Shown one piece after another: positions 15,001 to 26,602 of a stretch of DNA of 64,000 nt. The notes under the pieces are model-generated. The model ran no database searches, was not told where the DNA came from, and saw nothing but the letters and a program-made list of their open reading frames with translations. Location: the NCBI GenBank assembly GCA_030704615.1, contig CM060731.1:42470001-42534000 (forward strand), written 5' to 3'. A program made the translations under genes and the position numbers. This stretch comes from Takakia lepidozioides. Taxonomy: Eukaryota; Plantae; Bryophyta. The first letter of the stretch is position 1. Each line of letters begins with the position of its first letter.

Positions 15001-18000
15001 TCTGCTCCTTACCTTGTTTGTGGTTTCTTGCAACCATATCTACATGGCAGGAGGTAGGGCAGACACGAGAACTCATGGAATACAAATCTACCGATTTATC
15101 TACTGTTTTTTTCATGTTTCAATGCGGGTATAATGTAGCGGTCGGTACCTTGGCTGCACTGAAATTCGGCTCTACAATGAAACCTCTTGGCTGGTTATTA
15201 AGACGGACTGTTGTGCCTTACTAGACAACACACATTCTGCAAGACCTTCATTTCACTTTGATTTCATATGATGGACTGCAAACAGGGGTTTTTTAATTAC
15301 CTTTCTACCCTGGCAGAGCTGTTCTTAAGACCCTGGAATACCACTCCAGACTTGTATCTGCTTCAAAAGACTCGGCCTTGTTTTTATTTTGTGAATCCTG
15401 CTTGTGTCTTATGTCTCGTAAAACAGACATTGTGGTTATTTATAGACTACCAAGCATCACATTGTTGGGCTCTTTTTAGACTACAAACTGTTTTCTAAAG
15501 TACCCCAAGTGATCTCTTGGGACAAAAAATTGGTAAGCTCTATATGGCCTCTTAATATACTCCCTATATTGTGCTTGCTTTGCGTCTCCGCTGGCCTGCA
15601 ATAGAAATACCGGATCCAGATGTACCAGTATGGGTTGGCTGGAATATGCTTAAGACATGTATGTCTTAATGTTTCAATTTCAATTTTAAGTACTATATGC
15701 TTGGCTCTGGAGATTTATCTGCAATCCGGGTTTTTGAAATGAGATTACAATCTACAAGTATGGTGATGAATATCAAACCCATGGTGCTTTCATGATATGA
15801 ATGACCAGGAATCCCGCCCTCCCAGCCTGTTTTTTCAGATACCCTGAAATGTAACGAGGTATTCAAATGAGATGGTTAAAAAAAAAGGGGGGTTGTTAGA
15901 TGGTGCCCTGTAAAGGGCTGCATTGTCTTTCAATGACAATGACCTCAGTGGTCTTGTCCATGTCCTGACATGACATGTATATCTTCCCTCTCTTTATCTG
16001 ATCAGTGTACTTAGTGGTTTTTGTACACACCATCTACCCTTCTCCTTTCCTGTTTCACCTTCTCATTTTGATGTACTAACAATGTTTTTTGAAGGGCCTT
16101 GGCAGATAGGCAACAAACACATTCCAAACTGGAATGATGAACTGAAAGCCCTGGGGTATGAATCTCCCTTGGCCAGGTATGTTCTTCTCCAGCAATAGTA
16201 TGGTTGATTGATTGGGTATGAAAAGTAAGGCATCCTTGATGATACCTGAAATAAGCACAGAGCATCTAAAGGACTTTTGAATGCCGATATTATGAGCTAA
16301 GCCCTGGTAAGACAGCTTACGGGAGTATGTGTACACCTTATACATGATCCGGTCAATGCACACTACTTTTGTTAGCTAGTCTCATGTAGCCGATGCCTTA
16401 TATCAGAATCAGATACCTTATGATTGAGTGACTGCCATGTCCTTTGATCAAGTGCTTCTATACTTCTCTTAGATATGGCTTTGCTCCTTGTGGCACCATA
16501 AGAAAATACCCAACTCTAATCTGTTGCTAGAAGATGTTTTGTCTATATCACAGGCATGTTACTACAGACCTGAGCTGCTGCTGTATCTTGACAAGGTTCC
16601 TTGAACGAGGTTCCTTCCCTAGCCTGTTCTTCCCTGTGCAAGAACTTATTGAGATACTGAAAGGTATTTTCTAAAAACTTGTACCTATCCAGAGCTAAGT
16701 ATACCACTGAACTCTCTGTTCTTTTCTCGTGATACTATACCGGTCTTGCTATGATACACTTTATGCCAATGTTTCATTCATGACCCGAGGAAGAGAGGAT
16801 GTAGGATTCTACTCCCTTGGATAATATAATCTCTAAGGATAGAACTACATGGAAGAGGGGAAACCTTATGAGAAGGGGTCTGGTATGCACTCCCTTACGG
16901 GGTGAGTGCATACCACACTCACTCCGTAAGGTTCTGCCATGCCAGGGGATTGGCTGGTGGGTCCCTCTCTCTCCCTCTCTCCCTCTCCCTCTATAACTCT
17001 TTGGATTTCATCTGGCCTTAACCTTTTTGAGGCCGGTTATTTGGTTTTTCATCCCAATCTTTTTTCATCCAAACTTGGCTGATATTATTGTAGGATGATG
17101 AAACTTAATGTACAGAAAGCTTGGTTTACCATTTGTTTCTTTCATCTAAACTGGATGAACTACATGAATAATGGTGACCTATTTTAATCCAAGAGATAGT
17201 AATTTTACCATCATTTATTATAAATGATGGCAGTTATAAAACTTGAGCCTATACCCTAACCCTAAAAGATACCTTTTTATTGGATGTCATCCATTGACAA
17301 AGTGCATCTCGTGCTAAAATGCGACTTTTCGTCCACCCTGCATGACAAATCGAGGAGCTGTGCCCTAAGCGGGCCGACACATTTCACAGCACAGAACTCG
17401 TGCTTCAGGGATCCTCGATGATGCGCCGTGTAAATCTGCTCCCCTGCTGCTGCATGGTACTCGTGATGGCTGGCTCTTGGGATGCGCATTGGCGGTTAGG
17501 CAGATTCCTCTCTGGCAGGCGACAAAGCGATGATCGCTTTGCTCAGACCCTCATGGTTCTTTTTAATTTGCAGCGGCGCTTTTACTCCTCGTTGGGAAGT
17601 ACTCTATCCCTATTTATCTACATATTACATGCGGCTCTCTTTTTGTATGAGCTATTCTCTGTCTGTGAACACTTCTACTTTGATTGCGTTCTGTTGGACG
17701 CCATGGCGCAGGGCATACCACAAAACACTCCCTGCCACTCACCTGAGGCATCCTCACTAACACACATCTTTATGTGGTGGTTTTTGGGACGGGCACAGGT
17801 GAGGGTCTTCACTTGTGTTGATTTCCTGAAGCTTGCAGTTCCTATTCTTGCAAATGTGGGTGGTGCTGAGCCTCTTGCCGCTTCAAAACTGCCAGCATAC
17901 GGATGCAGACCTGCTTCAACTGGGCTCCAATGAGGATCTACTTCTGCTCCTTACCTTGTTTGTGGTTTCTTGCAACCATATCTACATGGCAGGAGGTAGG

Positions 18001-19277
18001 GCAGACACGAGAACTCATGGAATACAAATCTACCGATTTATCTACTGTTTTTTTCATGTTTCAATGCGGGTATAATGTAGCGGTCGGTACCTTGGCTGCA
18101 CTGAAATTCGGCTCTACAATGAAACCTCTTGGCTGGTTATTAAGACGGACTGTTGTGCCTTACTAGACAACACACATTCTGCAAGACCTTCATTTCACTT
18201 TGATTTCATATGATGGACTGCAAACAGGGGTTTTTTAATTACCTTTCTACCCTGGCAGAGCTGTTCTTAAGACCCTGGAATACCACTCCAGACTTGTATC
18301 TGCTTCAAAAGACTCGGCCTTGTTTTTATTTTGTGAATCCTGCTTGTGTCTTATGTCTCGTAAAACAGACATTGTGGTTATTTATAGACTACCAAGCATC
18401 ACATTGTTGGGCTCTTTTTAGACTACAAACTGTTTTCTAAAGTACCCCAAGTGATCTCTTGGGACAAAAAATTGGTAAGCTCTATATGGCCTCTTAATAT
18501 ACTCCCTATATTGTGCTTGCTTTGCGTCTCCGCTGGCCTGCAATAGAAATACCGGATCCAGATGTACCAGTATGGGTTGGCTGGAATATGCTTAAGACAT
18601 GTATGTCTTAATGTTTCAATTTCAATTTTAAGTACTATATGCTTGGCTCTGGAGATTTATCTGCAATCCGGGTTTTTGAAATGAGATTACAATCTACAAG
18701 TATGGTGATGAATATCAAACCCATGGTGCTTTCATGATATGAATGACCAGGAATCCCGCCCTCCCAGCCTGTTTTTTCAGATACCCTGAAATGTAACGAG
18801 GTATTCAAATGAGATGGTTAAAAAAAAAGGGGGTTGTTAGATGGTGCCCTGTAAAGGGCTGCATTGTCTTTCAATGACAATGACCTCAGTGGTCTTGTCC
18901 ATGTCCTGACATGACATGTATATCTTCCCTCTCTTTATCTGATCAGTGTACTTAGTGGTTTTTGTACACACCATCTACCCTTCTCCTTTCCTGTTTCACC
19001 TTCTCATTTTGATGTACTAACAATGTTTTTTGAAGGGCCTTGGCAGATAGGCAACAAACACATTCCAAACTGGAATGATGAACTGAAAGCCCTGGGGTAT
19101 GAATCTCCCTTGGCCAGGTATGTTCTTCTCCAGCAATAGTATGGTTGATTGATTGGGTATGAAAAGTAAGGCATCCTTGATGATACCTGAAATAAGCACA
19201 GAGCATCTAAAGGACTTTTGAATGCCGATATTATGAGCTAAGCCCTGGTAAGACAGCTTACGGGAGTATGTGTACAC
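1..19277. repeat. Tandem array of a ~2941-bp unit, ~6.5 near-identical copies; open at window start and at the gap
   Basis: Identical ORF translations recur every 2940-2942 bp (e.g. starts 185, 3126, 6066, 9008, 11950, 14891, 17833). The differences I found are only 1-bp variants at an A/G homopolymer and at one gctg(t/c)tgtatc site. Confidence 0.98.
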
Positions 19278-19777
19278 NNNNNNNNNNNNNNNNNNNNNNN
19301 NNNNNNNNNNNNNNNNNNNNNNNNNNNNNNNNNNNNNNNNNNNNNNNNNNNNNNNNNNNNNNNNNNNNNNNNNNNNNNNNNNNNNNNNNNNNNNNNNNNN
19401 NNNNNNNNNNNNNNNNNNNNNNNNNNNNNNNNNNNNNNNNNNNNNNNNNNNNNNNNNNNNNNNNNNNNNNNNNNNNNNNNNNNNNNNNNNNNNNNNNNNN
19501 NNNNNNNNNNNNNNNNNNNNNNNNNNNNNNNNNNNNNNNNNNNNNNNNNNNNNNNNNNNNNNNNNNNNNNNNNNNNNNNNNNNNNNNNNNNNNNNNNNNN
19601 NNNNNNNNNNNNNNNNNNNNNNNNNNNNNNNNNNNNNNNNNNNNNNNNNNNNNNNNNNNNNNNNNNNNNNNNNNNNNNNNNNNNNNNNNNNNNNNNNNNN
19701 NNNNNNNNNNNNNNNNNNNNNNNNNNNNNNNNNNNNNNNNNNNNNNNNNNNNNNNNNNNNNNNNNNNNNNNNNNNNN
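19278..19777. other. Assembly gap (500 N)
   Basis: Run of exactly 500 N. Confidence 1.
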
Positions 19778-20518
19778 ATTCTGGACAATGCCCTCGTGAC
19801 ATGTATGCAAATGTGTCAGCATGAAGGGCAAGCCTGGCAGCTCTGGAAAAGGGAAGATCGGGTCCATGGTTTCATTGTCAAAGCTGGAATTGTACCTGAT
19901 GTGATTCTGGACAATGCCCTCGTGGACATGTATGCCAAATGTGTTAGCATGATGAAGGGCAGCTTGGCAGCTCTGGAAAAGGGAAGATCAGGTCTATGGT
20001 TTCATTGTCAAAGCTTGCATTGTACCTGATTGTGATTCTGGACAATGCCCTTGTGGACATGTATGCCAAACGTGGGAGCATCAATGGCAAGCTTGCCAGC
20101 TCTGGAAAAGGTTCCGATCAGGCCATGGTTCATTGTCAAGCGGAAGCTGGAATTATACTTGATGTGATTCTGGACAATGCCCTCGTGGACATGTATGCCA
20201 AATGTGTCAGCATGAAGGGCAAGCTTGGCAGCTCTGGAAAAGGGAGAGGTCCATGGTTTCATTGTCAAAGCTGGAATTGTACCTGATGTGATTCTGAACA
20301 ATGCCCTCGTGGACATGTACGCCAAATGTGGGAGCATCAAGGGCAAGCTTGCCAGCTCTGGAAAAGGGAAGATCAGGTCCATGGTTTCATTGTCAAAGTT
20401 GGAATTGTACCTGATTGTGATTCTGGATCTGGAAGTTGCCCTCGTGGACATGTATGCCAAATTGGGGAGCATCAAGGATGCGGAAGGCAGTTTCCAAACA
20501 CTATGGATCTTGGAGTGA
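19778..20518 (+). pseudogene. PLS-class pentatricopeptide repeat (PPR) gene fragment, tandemly amplified as a ~128-bp unit (~5.5 copies) with frameshifts
   Basis: Recurring peptide LAALEKG..VHGFIVKAGIVPDVILDNALVDMYAKCGSIKDA, typical of a plant PPR L/S motif junction. attctgRacaatgcc recurs at ~19778, 19904, 20035, 20167 and 20291, and the frame changes between copies. Confidence 0.85.
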
Positions 20519-20799
20519 TTTTGACAGGTACCAATAGAGGGAGAAAGAAAAGGAGAGGAATGAGAAAGAAGAAAAGAAAGTGGGGCCCTGAGCAGACGAG
20601 TTGAAAAGCACTAGTTTAAAAAACCACTGGCGCTTGATAGGGTGGGGGAAATTCAGGCTGGGGCGACATTGATATCCCGGATGCAGTGTAAAAAAGACGG
20701 TTGTGAGTGAATAACACCCGTAAAAAAAAAACCCTGCTGTCTCAAAAAAGGAGCCAGTCACAAAGAGCAAGACACTTTATCCAAGCTTCTCGACATCAA

Positions 20800-21806
20800 G
20801 CAACAATGTGGACAGGGAGGGAGTCATTGGGAACAATTTTTGTAAGGTGGTGAAGAAAACCTTGTCTGAGGATCACTGGATATTTCTCTAGTACGGTTAG
20901 ACTAGTAGAGATTGAAATTCGTGCTCAGCTCGGCTTCAGATTGTCTCATTGTGAGGGGTCACGGTTGACTGGACAGAAATGGGATTGACATTTTTGGCGC
21001 TCACAAATCTCTGAGACGACATGTGGTAGTTTTATCTATAGCTTCTCAAAGCAATTGTTGTACATTGTTGATTATAGTGTGACATTCTCATAACGATATT
21101 GTCATCAGCTGCATGAGCAGTGCATCTTTTTGGATTGCTGGTTCCCGAAGGACAAGTTATAGCCAATAGTTGCAGGCAATGTTCAATATTGAAGAGAATT
21201 CTATGCCCTTTCGGTTCTGCCGATCTCCTTCTCATTTTACTTGAGGTTGTCTATTTTGAGAGCTTTGATGTTTGGATGAAAATGCATTTTGGCATCAACT
21301 TAAATGGATGGCCTGCACTGGTGGGCATTCAGATTCTAAACGAGCTGGCAAAGAGAAACTGCAAGTCCCACAGCCCTCTACATGCAGACCCCATAACCCT
21401 AATAACCTTTTTGAACTTTTAAATTCTCTAAACAAAAGTCTATGTGTTATGTCGTCCAAGACATGTTGAATAGAGGTGGAAGTCATTTCATCCATCTATC
21501 TTCCACCTGGATGGTCAATGTGCCACGCCATGTAGTTGCCCCAAATTCCTGTAGGACATCTCACACTAACCTCACACTCCATGACTCATTTCACACTCAT
21601 GTCAAATGCCCCATATGCATTATCTTGGTCAACACCCGTTGACCGTATGGGTGTCATTCGAGTGTGAAATTTGTAACACCATGTGGGTTTTCCTACAATG
21701 GTCCAGATTACACCTTGCCTCCTCTCACATGGATGTAAGAGGAGCTGTTCAAAGTGCCAAGTGTGAACTATGGGTGGTGTTGGAAAAACCGGTTTCTGTA
21801 ATAGTG
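20800..21806 (-). mobile_element. CACTA (En/Spm) transposon end and subterminal region; internal boundary approximate
   Basis: The minus strand from 21806 reads CACTATTACAGAAACCGGTTTTT, followed by TCACAC/GTGTGA subterminal repeats. It nearly matches the end at 53119 (CACTAATACAGAAACCGGTTTTT) and truncates an exon of the ParB-like gene. Confidence 0.8.
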
Positions 21807-24300
21807 CGTGTTACGTAGTCTTCCAATGTCTTTGTTCCATCCCATTTCACGTACAAGCCGAACGAATTTGTATGCATTACGACTTGCTCCTTCGCATTTG
21901 TCATTACCTGCGTTTCCAACATGCATTGTCACATAGCAGTTCACGGAATTCATTCCAACAAAGCAAATCGGGGGAAGTACCTTGAATTACCTGGAACCAC
22001 CAAGTCATGCGGTTGAGCCACACATCCACTGCAGGGTCGGAAACTTCGAGTGGAAAAGACCACATGGTCCTTATACTCTCCGATGAATTCCAGATCGACA
22101 GCCATTGTGTCTGCCATTTCCGATCCAATGTCAGGAGCATGAAGTAGAGTGACTATTGCTGGGAAAGAACGTCAGTGCATTGAAACCTCACCTTCTCTTT
22201 CGTCTCCACACATGTCGTTGAGAGGTGATGCAGTTTCTCCAACTGCATGGTCGGCTGCATGGTCCGAGAATAGTGTTTGCAATCTCGGGGATGAAGTCCT
22301 TTCCAAGTGCGGATCTGCAATGGCCACCAGCTTCACAAGCTTTGACTTGTACTTGGTTCTGGACTTGACCCCGACTTCCTTCAAGTGATCGGTCAATGAT
22401 TGCAATGTTTTTGACTGCCTCTCACTTTCCATGAAAAAGCGTTTGGCATGGGCCAAATCCAGCGTGATGTTTGACTGCTAAGAAAAACATGCAGAAGCAT
22501 TACATACGATCCATGTGGAAAGATGACTAGAAATTGGGAAATGATGAGCAGTGGAAAATGGGAGGACGACTTACTTCGTATATGACCTCCACCATTCCAT
22601 CCATAGTGAGGCAATACCATGTCCGTCTGTTTTTGCCACGGCTTTTTGAATGAGCTCGGGCTCTAGTATTTTGGCGAACATGTGCGGGTCAATGAGACCA
22701 GTTTTCCTCACCATGTATAGCATATGTGCCATGTGGGTATGCACGTAAGCATTTTCAATGACCTTGCAAGGCACACTCTCCAGTTCAATCCAATGAAGCA
22801 CAGAAACAAAACTGATTGGAAACCGAAATGCGGCACCACTTTTCGGATGTGCTTGGGAGGGTATGAGAATCTTACGAGTTGAGGTCAGCCATGGCATTCT
22901 TGAGCAGGGAGGAGTCTGCTGCCTTCACCTTCAGGATGACACACTCCACCATGTAATGCCAGCCAATATGCTTGAAATGGTTCTGCTTGATGTACTCCCA
23001 CCAGGCAAGAAGTCGGTGAATCCCGTCCCACACAAAAAACATTTTGCCCGACATATGGCCGAAGTCTGGATCACCCTTCATCATTGCGAGTGTGCCAGTG
23101 GGTATCCCATGCTGACAATTCATCCGCAGTGGGTCCACGAGTTTCGCCGTCCTCATTCTCAATGGAAACGTAGAAGGCTGGCGAACCTAGACGGTGCCCT
23201 TCTCGAAATGCGAACTTGAGCTTATCCACATCTCCTGGAAGAGCCTGCCTCATGATGGGAAGGGAGACCATGTGACAGAGTGGAATTCAAAGAGTCCATT
23301 GGAATACCCTGCTGCCTTGAACTCTGCCAATGCTACTGTGTGTCTCCTCCAACATTGTATCCGCTGCACTTTGGAATTCCTCTGGAGACATTTCTGCAAG
23401 TGGCCGTAGGAGCTAAGCAGCTGGAGCATCCCCAACTGTAGCTGAAGTCTAGGGAATCTTTGCGGGCAATTCTGGAATTGCAGAGGCCTCCTCCGGTTCT
23501 GCAGTATTCTGAAGTTCTTCCTCAACGGTGGTGAGGTGCTGCTGCAAACATTGAGCAGCAGCACCCTCCTCCGCTGACAGATCCACGAAATTGGTCGATC
23601 CCGTTGCCTTCGCTACAGCAAAGACGCCCCCAACATCACCTGGCTGGAAATCAAGCAGGAACTGGGCTTTAGCTCGTAGAATCGGTTTTGCGGGAGACTG
23701 CCCCAAATTCCCCCTGTTTGCCTTCTGCTACTTCATTCTTGCAGGTGAAGGTGTCTGCTGCATTTGAATCTGCACTGCACCCTTCTGCTTCATTCTCTTT
23801 GGGGGGGGAACGGCCCGGTCCGGTTCAGAAACCAGTTCCAGGACGAGCTGCTTTTTCTTCATCTTTGCTGGAGAGGGGCTGCTGGCGATTCTCCATGACC
23901 TTCAAACACGAGTCTTTCTCTGGGGCTTTGAACTGCAAAGACTTGCCTTTCCAAACCGCGTCCTAGAAACGCACAGGGCTAGGCCCGGCAGGAAGGCACG
24001 TGCTCGTGGATCGGCTGGGTGTGCGTGCCGCAGCTACCTCCACGGATTCTTCCTGCGGCTCTTTGGATTCCTGCGATCCCTCCACCACCTCCAGCTTTCG
24101 TGTTAGGCATGCAAACATCTTCCGCATTCAAGTGTCCTATCATACAGTCTAAGAATTGCACAACAAAAATGAGGGAGGGTTTCGGTGCTCGATTAGCTGC
24201 GCGCATCCCGATAGCACGGAACTCTCACTAGTGGTTGGGTTGCCTGCGTTGCCTGTTGCTGCGACATGACCATCTCCTCCTGAAGACGCATATGCATCCT
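21807..24300 (-). pseudogene. Family 1 ParB/Srx-like accessory gene, 5' half (multi-exon, frameshifted, cut by CACTA); start approximate
   Basis: Segments FREGHRLGSPAFYVS, FFVWDGIHRLLAW, WLSIWNS, VWLNRMTWWFQ and TLEDYV are collinear with family 2 segments FVHGYRLGAQVFYVS, FYVWDGNHRLLAW, WLEIWNS, NWLHKATFWSQ and SLEAYI. Confidence 0.8.
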
Positions 24301-24755
24301 CCCCTTCGGCATTGGCCTTCGCCCGAAGTACAACTTGCGGAGCTTGCGACGATGTCTCTTCTCTGGTGCACGAACTTCCTCCCTCTCAGGTTGGAGCATA
24401 AGAAAAACACAGACACGGAAAAAGGGCGAAGAGTGCAGATTGAAAGGGCGCGAGAGGAGTGAATGAGTAGACACGACAAAAGAAGATGAAACTGCAAAGA
24501 TGCACCACTTGGGTTCGAAAGGCTGGGATGGAAGTGTCTCCTCGTGGTCTATGCGTCATTATGAAATTCGAATCGTCAAAGGTACACCTGCCGTCCCCAA
24601 AACAAACATCATTAACCAATGGTCAGGCCGCGCTGCCTCCTGCCACTTCAGCCAGCATGAGTACAGACATCAAAATGCGTTGCCGCAATTCTGTTGGTCC
24701 ACGTGTTCACATATCATGGCATTTCCGTTTTAGCGTTGGATTAGTTAGAGTGAAA

Positions 24756-26410
24756 ATGGAAATGCGGCGCCGCATTTCCGTTAAGGCAGCTTTGAGTTGC
24801 ATCCCGAACGGAAATGCGGATTCATGCCTGGCATCCAAAACGGAAATGCGGCGCCACATTTCCGTCCCACTGGTGCATGCCTGAGATACAAAACGGAAAT
24901 CCGGTGCCGCATTTCCGTTCTGGAAAGTCCGAAGGTGCGACTCGGACGGAAATGCGGTGCCGCATTTCAGTAGCAGTGTTCATGATTTTCAATCACAACG
25001 GAAATGCGGTACCGCATTTCCGTCCCACTGTCACATACCTTACTTGTTGGACGAAAATGCAGCACCGCATTTCCTTTCGGGAGAGTACAAAGGTTTCCCC
25101 TGGACGGAAATGCGGTGCCGCATTTCCGTTCGGAAGAGTATAAAGGTTTCCCCCAGACGGAAATGCAGTGTCACATTTCCGTGCTGCATGCCTGAGATAC
25201 AAAACGGAAATGCGGCGCCGCATTTCCGTTCTGGAAAGTCTGAAGGTACGACTCGGACGGAAATGCGGTGCCGCATTTTAGTTACAGTGGTTCATGATTT
25301 TCAATCACAACGGAAATGCGGTGCCGCATTTCCGTTCTGCAGAGTATAAAGGTATCCCCCGGACGGAAATGCGGTGCCACATTTCCGTTCCACTGCTGCA
25401 TGCTTGAGATACAAAAAGGAAATGCGGTGCCGCATTTCCGTTCTGGAAAGTCCGAAGGTACGATTTGGATAGAAATGCGGTGCCGCATTTCAGTTACAGT
25501 GGTTGATGTTTCTCAATCACAACGGAAATGCGGTACCGCATTTCCGTTCCACTGTTACATACCTTACTTGTTGGACGGAAATGCGGCACCGCATTTCCGT
25601 TCTGGAGAGTATAAAGGTTTCACCTGGACGGAAATGCGGTGCCGCATTTCCGTTGCACTGCTGCATGCCTCAGATGAAAATCGGAAATGCGGCGCATTCC
25701 ACATTCCGTTCTGGAATGTCGGAAGGAATGAGTCGGACGGAAATGCGGTGCCGCATTTCAGTTGCACTGTTTCATGATTATGAATCTGAACGGAAATGCG
25801 GCGCCACATTTCCGTCTGTGTCGTACATACCTTACATGTTGGTCGGAAATGCGGTGTCATATTTCCGTTCAGGAAAGTAGAAAGGTTTCCACGGACGGAA
25901 ATGCGGTGCCGCATTTCCATTCAGGAAAGTTGAAAGGTCTCCCCTGGATGGAAATGCAGTGCCGCATTTCGGTTGCACTGTTACAAGCCTTGCATGTTGG
26001 ACGGAAATGAGTAGCCACATTCCCGTTATTGAAAATACAAAGGTTCACCTCGGACGGAAATGCGGTGCCGCATTCTCGTCCAACAGCAATTGAAAGTAAC
26101 AGACCGGAAAGAGCCCGGACGGAAATGCGGCACCGCATTTCCGTTCCTGCCTATCCAAGGTGTCCTAGTCGATGAGAATGCGCTGTCGCTATTCTTTTCT
26201 ACCATGTCTTCCTAGTCGCAGTCGACCGAAATACGATACCACATTTTCGTTCCACCATGTGCCTGCTTGTATAGTGAACTGAAATGTGGTACCGCATTTG
26301 GTTTCACCAGTAGTTTGGTTTCCCCGTTGATGGAAATGCGGTGCTGCATTTCCGATGACAATCACCGAGAGGATGATATTGAACTGGAATGCGGGACCGC
26401 ATTCCCGTTC
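24756..26410. repeat. Array of ~30 palindromes (consensus CGGAAATGCG-GTGC-CGCATTTCCG) with a 53-bp period and ~5 recurring spacer classes
   Basis: Palindrome starts at 24841, 24894, 24947, 24999, 25052, 25105, 25158, 25205, 25258, 25311, 25364 and onward. Spacers recur in an A-B-C-D-E order. Confidence 0.95.
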
Positions 26411-26602
26411 AGCCATGTGCAATGGGATGCTTTGTTCCGAAACGACACAATTGCGGTCTGTCTTAATGAGCACAACTTGGTTGTCTAACCATTTTAACTA
26501 ACAGTCCTGGCACTTGTCAGTGCGAAAGTTCATGTCTGCACCGAGCATTATTGTCATACTTACTGGATATGAAATCACACCTCCCACCTTCATGCATGTA
26601 GC

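Noticed and set aside
46-19206. Short ORFs (61-177 aa) in the 2.94-kb monomer as genes
   Set aside because: No recognisable domains and overlapping frames. Their identity between copies reflects only the duplication.
19017-20029. Long ORFs spanning 19278-19777
   Set aside because: Artefacts of translating through the N gap.
20609-21806. A single small CACTA element from CACTAGTTT (20609) to TAGTG (21806)
   Set aside because: The TIRs match poorly beyond CACTA and the flanks (AAG versus CGT) give no TSD. The end at 21806 pairs with 53119 instead.
24814-26138. ORFs with repeated EMRCRIS/GNAVPHF/RKCGAAF peptides
   Set aside because: These are translations of the palindromic repeat, open on both strands and in all frames.
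24756-26410. CRISPR array
   Set aside because: Spacers are not unique but recur in about five classes, there are no cas genes, the context is eukaryotic with introns, and the same palindrome occurs singly elsewhere in the element.
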